Positions 19,869 through 28,924 of a stretch of 64,000 nt of DNA are shown piece after piece (the stretch's first letter is position 1; each line of letters begins with the position of its first letter). The stretch is from Terriglobia bacterium (GTDB lineage: Bacteria > Acidobacteriota > Terriglobia > JAJPHL01 > JAPKYU01): the NCBI GenBank assembly GCA_965206645.1, contig CBDBKE010000002.1:1-64000 (forward strand), given 5' to 3'. The position numbers and the translations under genes are program-made. Under the pieces are notes generated by a model. The model saw nothing but the letters and a program-made list of their open reading frames with translations. It did not search any database and was not told where the DNA came from.

Positions 19869-21512
19869 CTATGGTTCGCCGTCATCGTCCGTCATACTGC
19901 AGAAGAAACCCAGCGGTCGGGACCGCGCCGTGCGCTTCAGCATCGGCAGTTCCGGGGCCGACTCTTCATCCAGAAGTAGGAAGCTGCGGAACTTGGCACT
20001 CCGCAGGCGACGGCTTAGGCCCGTAGCGTTCCGTGGCAAGGGAAAATCACGGAGGTTCAACTTCTGCAGTCGCAGTAGCAGGTCCCCGCACTCCGCGACG
20101 TACAGTTCCCCTGATTTTTCCCGCCAGGTCACCCGATGGGTGGCGATGCCGTTTGTATACATCTCCAAGGCCGCCTCCTTAAAGACGCGCAAGAGCGGGT
20201 GATCCAGTTCGTCTTCTTCCGCCTCGACCCCCACGAGAACCGCGTTCCACACCTGAATGAGCGATTCGGCCCACTCTGTGGGCTTTCCCGCAATCTCCCC
20301 GTAGGCGCGAAGCAGATTGCAGAGCGCGGCGAAGTGCTCCTCGAAGTCTGGCAGGGGGTTCGGCGTCGAGCGGTTCTCGTTCGCTATTCGGAGGTAGCGG
20401 TACAGGACGATAATGAGCGCGCTAGTGATCTCACCCCGCCGCTGCTGAATTTCGCGCTCGATGGCCATACGCGGCATCTTAGGGCCACTCACGGCGTACT
20501 GAACATCAACGCATCGGGCCTTCAGTTCCGCCTTCCACACGCCTTCAATCGTCGTGATGACAGCGGCAGGACGATACACGCCGAGTCGCAGGGAGCCGTC
20601 GGAAAAGGACCTTCCTCTCTCAGCACCGGTGGAGAGAAACAGGCAGAAGTCAATCATCGGTTGCGTGAAATTCGCCTGCTCTTTGTTGTCCATGACCAAA
20701 AGGCCGATGTCGCCTACATTCCCCAGCGTCGCCACGGTGTAGTCCCCCTTCACCTCACCTAATCCATGCAGCAGTGTGAATCGCTGCCCGCCGCTGGTCT
20801 TGCCTTGTTGGGTCGGTCCGATGTGACTCAGAATGAATCGGGCGGGACAAGCGTCTCGGACAAGAGGAAACAATCCTTCGTGCATTGCCACGAACCACCG
20901 CATCTCTGGCAGTCGGCACGCCTGGGGGTCAACAAGCAGCCGCTCGAAGGCGTCGAGTCCAGCACGCGGATCAGCGGAGGCGTAACGAACTGGCTTGTCG
21001 GAAGGATGTTCCACCCAAAGGCAGTCATCGTTTCTCCCGTTGGGAGCTTCCTCGATCCTGTCCGCTGTAACTCGCAGCAGTTTTCCGCCTTGGAGGGGAA
21101 CGTAGAGCCGCTGGCCGTCATCGGACAACGCCGCGAACCGCCGCAGTCGCATCTTCCCCGCTTGCCGGTAGGCTTCCACCTGTAATCGCTGAATGGCGGC
21201 CTGTGCCGCCGTGGATAATGTGCTCACGCCGCACGCGCTTAGCATCAGGCCAGCTAGGGCGAGGTTGTCGTGCCCAAGAGTGAGCGGAATCCGGCGACCG
21301 TCGAGGATCAAATGGAGTGAACCATGCTCGTCTCGCAAGAAAAGGCCCAGCTGCTTGCGCACGAAGGCCAGCAGCTTGCGGGCGTAGCACTTTGCCCGTG
21401 CTTCGGTCGCCGTAAGAGCCTGCTGAGGCACCTTGACATTTGTCGCGGGCTTGTCCTGGCTGGCAGTAGGTTGAGTGGGTGGGGTTGGGGAAGGGCTAGT
21501 CTGCGAATCCAT
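19869..21512 (-). CDS. P-loop ATPase, putative replicative helicase of the integrated element
   Basis: Walker A GPTQQGKTS, Walker B LLVMDN, RPAAVITTI, ELKARC; terminal gene of the xis operon. Confidence 0.6.
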   Translation of the reverse strand: MDSQTSPSPTPPTQPTASQDKPATNVKVPQQALTATEARAKCYARKLLAFVRKQLGLFLRDEHGSLHLILDGRRIPLTLGHDNLALAGLMLSACGVSTLSTAAQAAIQRLQVEAYRQAGKMRLRRFAALSDDGQRLYVPLQGGKLLRVTADRIEEAPNGRNDDCLWVEHPSDKPVRYASADPRAGLDAFERLLVDPQACRLPEMRWFVAMHEGLFPLVRDACPARFILSHIGPTQQGKTSGGQRFTLLHGLGEVKGDYTVATLGNVGDIGLLVMDNKEQANFTQPMIDFCLFLSTGAERGRSFSDGSLRLGVYRPAAVITTIEGVWKAELKARCVDVQYAVSGPKMPRMAIEREIQQRRGEITSALIIVLYRYLRIANENRSTPNPLPDFEEHFAALCNLLRAYGEIAGKPTEWAESLIQVWNAVLVGVEAEEDELDHPLLRVFKEAALEMYTNGIATHRVTWREKSGELYVAECGDLLLRLQKLNLRDFPLPRNATGLSRRLRSAKFRSFLLLDEESAPELPMLKRTARSRPLGFFCSMTDDDGEP

Positions 21513-21840
21513 GCTTGCGATACTCCGTTTTCCGAGGGTGGTTGCCGAGTGTCTCGGTCATCAGGCGGCGCAGAAACCTCTGGCTGGCGAAGATCGCCGT
21601 GGCCGGGACCGCTGCGCCTCGGTCAAACTCAAGTTCTAGCTGGTCTCCCAGGTGGTCTGGGTCCGCGAAGACAACGCGCACTTTGCCTGGTACGCTGTTT
21701 TCGCAACCGATGAAGGGGAGTGCTCCGGTTGCGTGAAGATACGTGGCCAGTGGAAGCCGCTCGGTGGAAAAGCGCTCGGCGTCCTGGACCTTCGGTGGGG
21801 CGGGTGAAAACTTGGGAAGAGGCTCCGTAGTCCGATACAT
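21496..21840 (-). CDS. Small DUF5659-like hypothetical protein
   Basis: FSTERLPLATYL...IGCE...KVRVVFADP pattern; RBS aggag; overlaps the next gene. Confidence 0.5.
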   Translation of the reverse strand: MYRTTEPLPKFSPAPPKVQDAERFSTERLPLATYLHATGALPFIGCENSVPGKVRVVFADPDHLGDQLELEFDRGAAVPATAIFASQRFLRRLMTETLGNHPRKTEYRKHGFAD

Positions 21841-21913
21841 GATTATCTCCTGTGGCCTTCTACGTATCTATTCGCTGGAGTGGGGGCGAAACGGAACCAG
21901 GGCGACAGCTTTT

Positions 21914-22995
21914 TTAGGCCGAATCGTCCTCGTCAACCCCAGGGACAGGCCGCTTCCGGCGGTAGTTGCGCCCACGTCTCCACTGCGATGGACTAACAGA
22001 CAGTCGATTGGCCAGTCGCTCGAAGTGCTTGTCCTTCTCAGCTGTGAGCTTCTGTAGGTCCTTCCTGGACTGTCGAAGGCTAACATTGCCACCAGCGGCA
22101 GCCTGCCTCACAAGTTCCGCTCTTGCTTGTGCAACTGTCATTGCTGGCAGGTTGTGGTCTTGGATTACCACCTCCACTGCTGCGTAGATGCGTCTCTCGT
22201 AGTTCTGGAGTTCTCCGGCAGGGGACTCCAGTAGCCTGACTCGCGAGTCGAACTGCGCCATTTCTTCCGGGCTTGGTTCTGGGGAGGGCACCGACTCCAA
22301 GAAGTCATCGGAGACGTGTTGGCTCGGCTGCTGGCGGTACAATGCCCGAAGCTCGTCCACGAGCCGCTGCTTGATAGCATTGGCCACAACGGCAAAGCGG
22401 TTGTCGACCATATACTCGAAAGTCTCCCTGAGGCCCAAGTTGCTGAAGCGGTTCAGCTGCTCTGTTAGTGCAAGATTCACCTGGCTGTTCCAGCCAGCGT
22501 TTCCATCGGGATGAAACCATACCTTGTTCTTAGCGATCCCCCAGCCCAAGTGCTGGAGGTTTTGAAGTGCCTGTTCCTGAGCACCGGTGTCTGCCCGCAG
22601 GAGGGCCACCTTGAGCAGACCGAACGACTTGTTCACCTGGTTCTTATTGGCCCGCTTAGCGATTTCCGGCGCGGCGGTCTCCAACACGGCGACGAAATAA
22701 GGGAGGAGCCGGAACGCTTCCCTGAAGAAGCCACTTCGCGCTTTCGTCAGTTTGGGATCGTCCCGAAGACGGGGTCCCGCATGTAGTCGCCGACCCATCG
22801 AATCTCACCCAGAAGCTGTCGCAGCTTGCTGTCAGCCCCAAAGAAATCGTCCACCAGGTGCTTAGCTGTCGTTCTGCTGTAGTCCATCGCCGCCGCCGAG
22901 CGCTTGACGGCCACGTCTAGCCAATCCATCAGAGAGGTGGATTGCGCCTCTCGTGCCTTCTCCCCGCACGTGCGGGCTTTGCTCTTGGTGCTCAT
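21914..22995 (-). CDS. Hypothetical protein, probably one gene frameshifted near 22770; C-half resembles ECF sigma regions 2 and 4
   Basis: Overlapping ORFs 22747-22995 and 21914-22798; the start overlaps the xis stop. Confidence 0.45.
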
Positions 22996-23243
22996 TAGTT
23001 CCCCTCCGTGCTGGCCGTGTGCGGGCGCGCCGAAATGCCCTCGCGCACCACGCGCCGCACCTCGGCCATCGGTATGACGACTCGGCGCCCGAGCCGAGTG
23101 GCGTGAACCTTGCCGTCCCGAATCCAGGCTCGCCAGGTGTAGGGGCTGGTGTCCGTGAGTGCGGCGGCCTTGTTGACACTCACAGCGATGGGCTGCGGGT
23201 CAGCGACGGATTCCGTTTCCCGATCCTCAGTGAGGACTTGCAT
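22995..23243 (-). CDS. Excisionase-like HTH_17 protein
   Basis: SVNKAAALTDTSPYTWRAWIRDGKVHATRLGRRVVIP. Confidence 0.85.
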   Translation of the reverse strand: MQVLTEDRETESVADPQPIAVSVNKAAALTDTSPYTWRAWIRDGKVHATRLGRRVVIPMAEVRRVVREGISARPHTASTEGN

Positions 23244-23305
23244 TTCTTGTTTCCCTTCGTGCAAGATGTGTGTGTCCTGGCAGGGCTTCATGTAGCCCTA
23301 CTAGG

Positions 23306-23334
23306 AGTATATACAACCCCGCTGGGGGTGTCAA
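23306..23334 (-). promoter_or_regulatory. Near-consensus sigma70 promoter for the xis operon, with an imperfect palindrome in the spacer
   Basis: Minus strand TTGACA-17 bp-TATACT; spacer contains acaacccc-gct-gggggtgt. Confidence 0.75.
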
Positions 23335-23335
23335 C

Positions 23336-24055
23336 GTGAGGCCAAAAAATATCCGTGAACCTGTGTTCCCGACGGGCTTGCTCGCTCGGTTGATCGGGCT
23401 GCCCAAACGGCGCTTGGTCAAGTTCTTGGAAAGTCCGATCTACGGAATCAAAGCGTCCGTCGCCGAGGGGCGCGGCAAGGGAAAACGACGCCTCTATAGC
23501 GTAGACGATATGATGACCCTTGCCATCGCGTGGCGGCTCTATCAGACGGGGTTGCGCCCTGAGGTCATTGCAAAGGTCCTAAAGTCCGGAGCGCTACGAG
23601 GCGTAAAGAAGAGATTCGCGAATGAGTACCTTGTCCCTGGTGCTGGCGCGAAGTTGGCGCCCCAGATAAGGAGCTTAAGGGAACTTCAGCTGGTGCTCTG
23701 GCCGAGCGAAGGCACGATTGAGGTCGAGGCAGCCCAAGCGCAGGATGTCCGAAAGCGGGTGTTTAGGAGCGGCGGCGACATTCATATCATAACACTGGGT
23801 CCGCTTCTCACGCAGGTCTTGGATATTTGCCAACCTCAGAGACTGCCCGGAAAAGGTGTCGGGGTTATCTACATCTTCGAGGGCGCCCCCATGCCTGCTG
23901 AGGCGTTCCAAATCGGCAAAGAGCGAGAGACCATCATTGTGGAGCCGTTGGACGTGCCGGTGCCGCAACGCCCCGCGCCGCAGCAACCAGCGCACGAACC
24001 TGCTGCCCCTCAACAGGAACCGGTAAGAGAACTCAAGCATAAAGAAGGAGAATAA
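23336..24055 (+). CDS. MerR-like HTH regulator of the integrated element
   Basis: TGLLARLIGLPKRRL...GRGKGKRRLYSVDDMMTLAIAWRLYQTGLRPEVI; start uncertain. Confidence 0.65.
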   Translation: MRPKNIREPVFPTGLLARLIGLPKRRLVKFLESPIYGIKASVAEGRGKGKRRLYSVDDMMTLAIAWRLYQTGLRPEVIAKVLKSGALRGVKKRFANEYLVPGAGAKLAPQIRSLRELQLVLWPSEGTIEVEAAQAQDVRKRVFRSGGDIHIITLGPLLTQVLDICQPQRLPGKGVGVIYIFEGAPMPAEAFQIGKERETIIVEPLDVPVPQRPAPQQPAHEPAAPQQEPVRELKHKEGE

Positions 24056-24058
24056 GCA

Positions 24059-25303
24059 TTGGCACCCTACAAACGACGCAAAACCTGGTGGACGGACTTC
24101 TCCGTCAACGGCCAGCGGTACCGGCAGTCCCTAAACACCACCGACTGGCGCGAGGCCCAAGCTCGCGATAAGCAGCTGATCTCGCAGGCGAGTGAAGGCA
24201 AGCTTGCCGCCTCAAGCCGACAGTTGTCACGAGTACCTTTCGCGGAAGCTGCCAACCGTTACCTTGAACACCGGAAGCTTCTCACCCCGGAACCCACATG
24301 GAAACCGGAAGCAGCAAGGCTCAAGCCACTTGCGGCTTTGTTCGCTCGTTTGCGGATGAATCAAATCACAGAGGATCACGTCCGCAACTACCAGGGCCGT
24401 CGGCGCGCTGCCGGACGGCATCCGCGCACCATCAACCACGAAGTGAAGCTGCTTCTCCGCCTTCTTAGGCTGGCAAAAGTCCGTGTGCCGGACGTGCAGA
24501 TGCTACCTGTGCCGCGTCGGCGCGTCCGGCTGCTGAGTGGAGAAGAGAAGTTGCGTCTTTACCAGACAGCCGCGAGCAACCCCGACTGGTTTGTTGCCTA
24601 CTGCGCAGCGCTTCTCACCGCGAACGCCTCTCTGCGGCCCTCGGAACTACGGTCCTCGCGTTGGCGAGACGTTGATGTAAACGAACGGACGGTTCTGGTT
24701 CACCGCAGTAAGACCGACGCGGGCCTTCGGGCGGTGCCCCTGAACGACGAAGCTTGGGTCTCCATATGTGCCCTTCGAAAGCGGGCCGAGATTCTGGGTA
24801 CAAGTCAGCCTGACAACTTCGTATTCCACCGCCTGTGGCCGAAGGTTGACGGCACCAGACCGATGAGTAGATGGAGGTCGGCGTGGCGCTCTCTCCGCAA
24901 AGCCGCCGGACTGCCGGGATTCCGCTACTACGATCTCCGCCACCAATGTGCTACTGAAATGCTGGAGGCCGGTGTCCCGGAGGGCGTAATCCGAGAGATC
25001 GTCGGGCACTTGGACCCCGCCATGACGCGCTGGTACTCCCATCCTCGGCTGGCTGCCAAGAGGGCTGCGGTGGAAGCGTTATCGGCGGTCCGGGAGTCTC
25101 CCGCTTTACCCGAACCGGGTCTTCCCAGCAGCGTCGTGGAGGCCAATGTGGGTGGGGTGCAGGGGGCGGTTACGTCACAAACCACGTCACAAATAGGGTC
25201 TCAGGAAGAATACTCCCCCACTAAGTCATTGAAAAGGTGGTACGCCCGGCAGGATTCGAACCTGCGGCCTTTGGTTCCGGAGACCAACGCTCTATCCAGC
25301 TGA
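24059..25303 (+). CDS. Tyrosine integrase 1; its 3' end runs antisense through the tRNA
   Basis: LRPSEL, SKTDAG, YDLRH, GH..PAMTRWY; N-terminal arm-binding-like YRQSLNTTD. Confidence 0.92.
   Translation: MAPYKRRKTWWTDFSVNGQRYRQSLNTTDWREAQARDKQLISQASEGKLAASSRQLSRVPFAEAANRYLEHRKLLTPEPTWKPEAARLKPLAALFARLRMNQITEDHVRNYQGRRRAAGRHPRTINHEVKLLLRLLRLAKVRVPDVQMLPVPRRRVRLLSGEEKLRLYQTAASNPDWFVAYCAALLTANASLRPSELRSSRWRDVDVNERTVLVHRSKTDAGLRAVPLNDEAWVSICALRKRAEILGTSQPDNFVFHRLWPKVDGTRPMSRWRSAWRSLRKAAGLPGFRYYDLRHQCATEMLEAGVPEGVIREIVGHLDPAMTRWYSHPRLAAKRAAVEALSAVRESPALPEPGLPSSVVEANVGGVQGAVTSQTTSQIGSQEEYSPTKSLKRWYARQDSNLRPLVPETNALSS
25172..25193 (+). repeat. Putative integrase arm-type sites
   Basis: acgtcacaaa twice at a 12-bp period, next to the tRNA 3' end. 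Confidence 0.5.
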
Positions 25304-25314
25304 GCTACGGGCGC
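25238..25314 (-). tRNA. tRNA-Arg (CCG)
   Basis: gcgcccgtagctcagctggatagagcgttggtct-CCG-gaaccaaaggccgcaggttcgaatcctgccgggcgtaCCA, 77 nt, canonical cloverleaf. Confidence 0.97.
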
Positions 25315-25322
25315 GTGGATTC

Positions 25323-25351
25323 ATTCTAGACGACTTGGCCAGTTCTGTCAT
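25323..25351 (-). promoter_or_regulatory. Probable tRNA promoter embedded in the 3' end of integrase 2
   Basis: Minus strand ATGACA-17 bp-TAGAAT; the TAG is the integrase stop codon; 8 nt before the tRNA 5' end. Confidence 0.6.
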
Positions 25352-26486
25352 CCTCGTCTACTGCATACTGGCTGCATATTAGCTGTTCCAAGCCCTCCAT
25401 TGCCTTCCTTGCCGATTCCGGGACTGCCTTGACATAGTGGTTCATCGTGGTCTGAAAGTCCGCGTGCCGCAAGATCGCCTGCAAAACCTTCGGGTCAACG
25501 CCCATCTGATTCAGGTTCGTTGCGAGTCCGCGCCGGAAAGCATGGAAACCATACCAGCCAAGCCCCAGCTTTTCGAGTACAGGTCTGATCGTTCGCTTGG
25601 CGAAGTTGTCCAGGTTTAGCGGTGTCCCCTTTCTGGACTGGAAGACCGGGCCTTCGTCCCGGCCATTCAGGTGCTCTTCGAGTATCTTTGCCAGCGGAGC
25701 GATTACAGGAACCGCAGCCTTGCTCTTGGTGGACTTCGGCTCCGCGAACTGCCCTCGCCAGCACGATTGCTCGACCCACAAGGCACCGTCGCGCCAGGAT
25801 TTACAGCGGAGGGCGGCGACCTCGGCTTTCCTCAGCCCGGTGTAGGCGAATACCGCGATAATTGCCTTGGCCGGGCCAATGAGATTGCGAAGCATCTTCG
25901 TGATCTCGTCCAGCGTGTAGGCGTAAGTTTCTCGCGGCGGAGTCAGCTTACTGGTCGGGATGCGAACTTCCCGAACCGGATTCCCGGTGTCGAGCACCCC
26001 CAAACGGATCGCCTCAGAGAAGATTCCGCTCAGTATGCTCTTGCAGTGGCGAACTGTGTTCCGTCCCAACCTACGCTTGGCAAGTTCTCTCATGATCCGG
26101 TCGGCGTCGCTGGTTCGGAAATCCCGCAACCGAATCTGCCCGCACAATGGCTCCAGGTGCTTCGTCCAGTTGCATTCATACGGTGCCCGAACTGAAGGCT
26201 TGAGTTGGGAGACGTGATTCGGGAAGAAATGCTCCGTTACAAACCGGGAGATAGTCATCGTGCTTTCCGGATTGTAGTTCGGCGAGTTGAGTTGGAGTCG
26301 TTCAAACAGTTCGTCTCGCAGGGGCTCGACTGATTTCTTGGAACGATACTCGGAGACCTTGGCAAGCTGCCTTGCACGTTGACGCCGCACGATCTGTCCA
26401 TTTTCTCCGATTTCGTCCTGGTAAAACCGAACGTACCAACATCCAGCGTCCCTGAAAATATGTCCTTCTTGACGGCGAGTCTTCAT
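25326..26486 (-). CDS. Tyrosine integrase 2
   Basis: [29 protein letters not shown]. Confidence 0.93.
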   Translation of the reverse strand: MKTRRQEGHIFRDAGCWYVRFYQDEIGENGQIVRRQRARQLAKVSEYRSKKSVEPLRDELFERLQLNSPNYNPESTMTISRFVTEHFFPNHVSQLKPSVRAPYECNWTKHLEPLCGQIRLRDFRTSDADRIMRELAKRRLGRNTVRHCKSILSGIFSEAIRLGVLDTGNPVREVRIPTSKLTPPRETYAYTLDEITKMLRNLIGPAKAIIAVFAYTGLRKAEVAALRCKSWRDGALWVEQSCWRGQFAEPKSTKSKAAVPVIAPLAKILEEHLNGRDEGPVFQSRKGTPLNLDNFAKRTIRPVLEKLGLGWYGFHAFRRGLATNLNQMGVDPKVLQAILRHADFQTTMNHYVKAVPESARKAMEGLEQLICSQYAVDEDDRTGQVV

Positions 26487-26686
26487 TTCCCACTCCTTTC
26501 TTTTGACTCGCCCCTGTACCCTATTCGGCGGAGCGCAAGCTGGCGCAGCAGTTCGGCCATCGTTTTACTTTGCCGCCTAGCGTAGGTTTGCAGGCTTCGG
26601 TGCTGACCCGGTGTCAGCCGGATCAGCACCCACTTGCTTCTCCTCTCGCTAAGCGGTTTCGGCGGCTTTCCACCCTTGTCCTTCAT
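26483..26686 (-). CDS. Small ribbon-helix-helix-like protein
   Basis: RSKWVLIRLTPGQHRSLQTYARRQSKTMAELLRQLAL; ATGA overlap with integrase 2. Confidence 0.6.
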   Translation of the reverse strand: MKDKGGKPPKPLSERRSKWVLIRLTPGQHRSLQTYARRQSKTMAELLRQLALRRIGYRGESKERSGK

Positions 26687-26770
26687 TTGCTTGCGCCCCA
26701 GAGGTTATTGACACACTGAAACAGTCTTCTTGACAAGCGGTTTCTTTTTTCCTTTCTTGCGCCGATCAAA

Positions 26771-27145
26771 CTACTCGGCCAGTTCTGGGGAGCCCCACTC
26801 AAACCGGATGTAACGTCCAAACCTGACACACGGGATAGGGTCCTCGCTGCGATTCCTCACGCCGTCACGGACCCAAGACTCCGGCACGCTCCATCGCGTT
26901 GCCAGTTCGCGGGAGTCAATTAGGTCGTGCTGCCCGCCCTCCACAGTTCTGCTATGAACCACGCTGGGGCCGTGCGCCTTCGCCCGCAACGCCAGCAGCC
27001 GGGACACGAGCACTCCTTGGGCAATCGCGTTCTTTCCGAGAAGAGCTTCCACCGCATCCAGGGGCAACGATTCCGCCTTGGTGGGGTCCGCTGCTATCGC
27101 GGCAAGGTCGGTAACGCTGCCCAGTTTGGAGTCAGAGGAAGCCAT
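26771..27145 (-). CDS. HTH_17/AlpA-like DNA-binding protein (possibly a premature TAG at the end)
   Basis: LIDSRELATRWSVPESWV...IPCVRFGRYIRF. Confidence 0.7.
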   Translation of the reverse strand: MASSDSKLGSVTDLAAIAADPTKAESLPLDAVEALLGKNAIAQGVLVSRLLALRAKAHGPSVVHSRTVEGGQHDLIDSRELATRWSVPESWVRDGVRNRSEDPIPCVRFGRYIRFEWGSPELAE

Positions 27146-27375
27146 TTCGTACTATGCTTGCTGCGCGGCCAGTTTGCCTTTGGGCGCGCCTGGCTCGAAC
27201 CGGGCGCGCCCCTTGGGGTTCAGTTGAGTTGATTTGCCCCCCTCGACGCCGGCCAGCGCCGAAGCCTGCAAAGCCGTAGTCGTTTTCTGACAACGAATCT
27301 TCGTAACCCCTTTTCCCACCCATCGCTTATTGCTTGCCTTCCTTGACTGGGTGACTAGTTGACTAGTTGACGCCA

Positions 27376-27795
27376 TCAGCCTGTTTCCCAGCTTAGGACT
27401 TCTTTAATAACCGAGTAGGCGCCAAACTTATGGTCACCTCGAAAGGTCATGGTCGTATCGCCAACTCGAACACGCGCCGCCCGATGTTCAAAAACCCTCG
27501 GCGAGAGCCGGTCGCGGCGAGCAGGTGACCGCCCATTGGCTGTTACCCAAGCGTGCAAATAGCGACTTCGCCGGCCGGCCCTAGGACGAGGGCCACTGCC
27601 CAAGTTTAGGAACCAGGGAAGCTGTGCGATTACATTCATCCGCGAATCATCGAGGACAAAGAAGCGCACGAAGCAAACATGACGATTGAAGAACTTGTCG
27701 AAGTATACAAACGCACGCCCTGAGGTCGCCGCATACTCACCCGGCTCGACGCGTGGGTAGTCCGCCCAGGCAATCCTCGGTTCGACCTCGTTCAC
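27376..27795 (-). CDS. Hypothetical protein, possibly OB-fold (DUF669-like)
   Basis: VEPGEYAA opening motif, beta-rich pattern, position in the element operon. Confidence 0.4.
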   Translation of the reverse strand: MNEVEPRIAWADYPRVEPGEYAATSGRAFVYFDKFFNRHVCFVRFFVLDDSRMNVIAQLPWFLNLGSGPRPRAGRRSRYLHAWVTANGRSPARRDRLSPRVFEHRAARVRVGDTTMTFRGDHKFGAYSVIKEVLSWETG

Positions 27796-27910
27796 AACTT
27801 GCAGTCGGGGTTCCCGATGGGCAGCCAGTATTGTTACTTGACTCCTGTTCCCAGCTCGTTCTTGGAAATTCCACCGCGTTGCAACATAAGCGGCTTTCCT
27901 CTTTCCCCAG

Positions 27911-28093
27911 TTACTTTTTCATGTCGCATAGCTTCAAAATCGAGGTTCGAGGAATCCTGACTGACCTGCCAATTCGGACGGCTTTCAGTTTTTTTTGTTT
28001 TACAAGTTTTCGGACCATCGAAGGTGAAAGTCCAGTAGCGCTCGCCGCTTCTACGTATGTGAACGCAATCTTCTCGACAGTGGTAGTCGCCAT
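27911..28093 (-). CDS. Excisionase-like HTH_17 protein
   Basis: FTYVEAASATGLSPSMVRKLVKQKKLKAVRIGRSVRIP. Confidence 0.85.
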   Translation of the reverse strand: MATTTVEKIAFTYVEAASATGLSPSMVRKLVKQKKLKAVRIGRSVRIPRTSILKLCDMKK

Positions 28094-28199
28094 CGTCAAT
28101 TTCCTCTCTTTCATCCATCTCGTGCTCTATGGCACTCAGTGTCGCACAGTGCTAAAATTACTCCCCGTGAAGCGGTCGTTATACAAGCAAACGCCTCTG

Positions 28200-28754
28200 G
28201 TGAGGACCTTTGCCCTGTTTCCGCTGGCCCGGGTTGCCGGCGCCAAAATAGAAAACAGGGAACCAGATGGCCGAGTCATCACAGGTCACTCATTAGAGGC
28301 GACTTATAGCCCGTTTGCCTTGTATTGGAGTGCGGGCAAGAGACACGAGGCGCCGCACTTGGGATTTGCGAACTTGAAGGACGACCGTGAAGCCGTTGAT
28401 TTCGTAAAGCAGTACGGGCCACTACAATCAAGCCTAGATTCGCACGCGGTCACGATCCCACTGGAAGAGTTCTGGAGGTTCCAAAAAGAGTTTCAGCGCA
28501 CGTTGCGCCTTCTCGAGCATCCAGGGAAGCTGGACGCGATCGAGGGATTTCTTCGTGAAAATCCGAGCGCAGCCTACCGACTCAGTCCGCTGGCTTCGCG
28601 GGGGCAAACAGAACTCTTGAAAGCCAAGAGTAGGAAGGCTCTCGACGCGCGCCAAGGCATGGCCTTCTTCTCACCCCGACACCTTACCCCGACTGAACCT
28701 TACGCCGCAAGATCAGATCACGGTGGGGCAGACCTAAGGAAGCGGCCGAGCTGA
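28200..28754 (+). pseudogene. Hypothetical (probably regulatory) gene divergent from xis, 3' end disrupted by IS debris
   Basis: FANLKDDREAVDFVKQYGPL segment; start uncertain. Confidence 0.4.
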
Positions 28755-28759
28755 AGGCC

Positions 28760-28924
28760 ATCGAAGTGGAGACTGCCAACGGGAAGACCACGCCGCAAGC
28801 CTGCCGGGATGCTCAGATCACGGTGCAGACCTACTATCGCTGGCGGAAGGAGTTTGGCGGGCTGAAGCTAGACCAAGCGAAGCGGCTGAAGGAACTCGAG
28901 AAGGAGAACTCTCGGCTCAAGCGG
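28760..28924 (+). mobile_element. IS3 orfA fragment
   Basis: Nearly identical to the reverse complement of ~11975-12140. Confidence 0.85.

Noticed and set aside
19583-19885. ORF with a poly-(RRKKKEE) tract
   Set aside because: It is simply the translation of the heptamer repeat, which has no stop on the minus strand; there is no other coding evidence.
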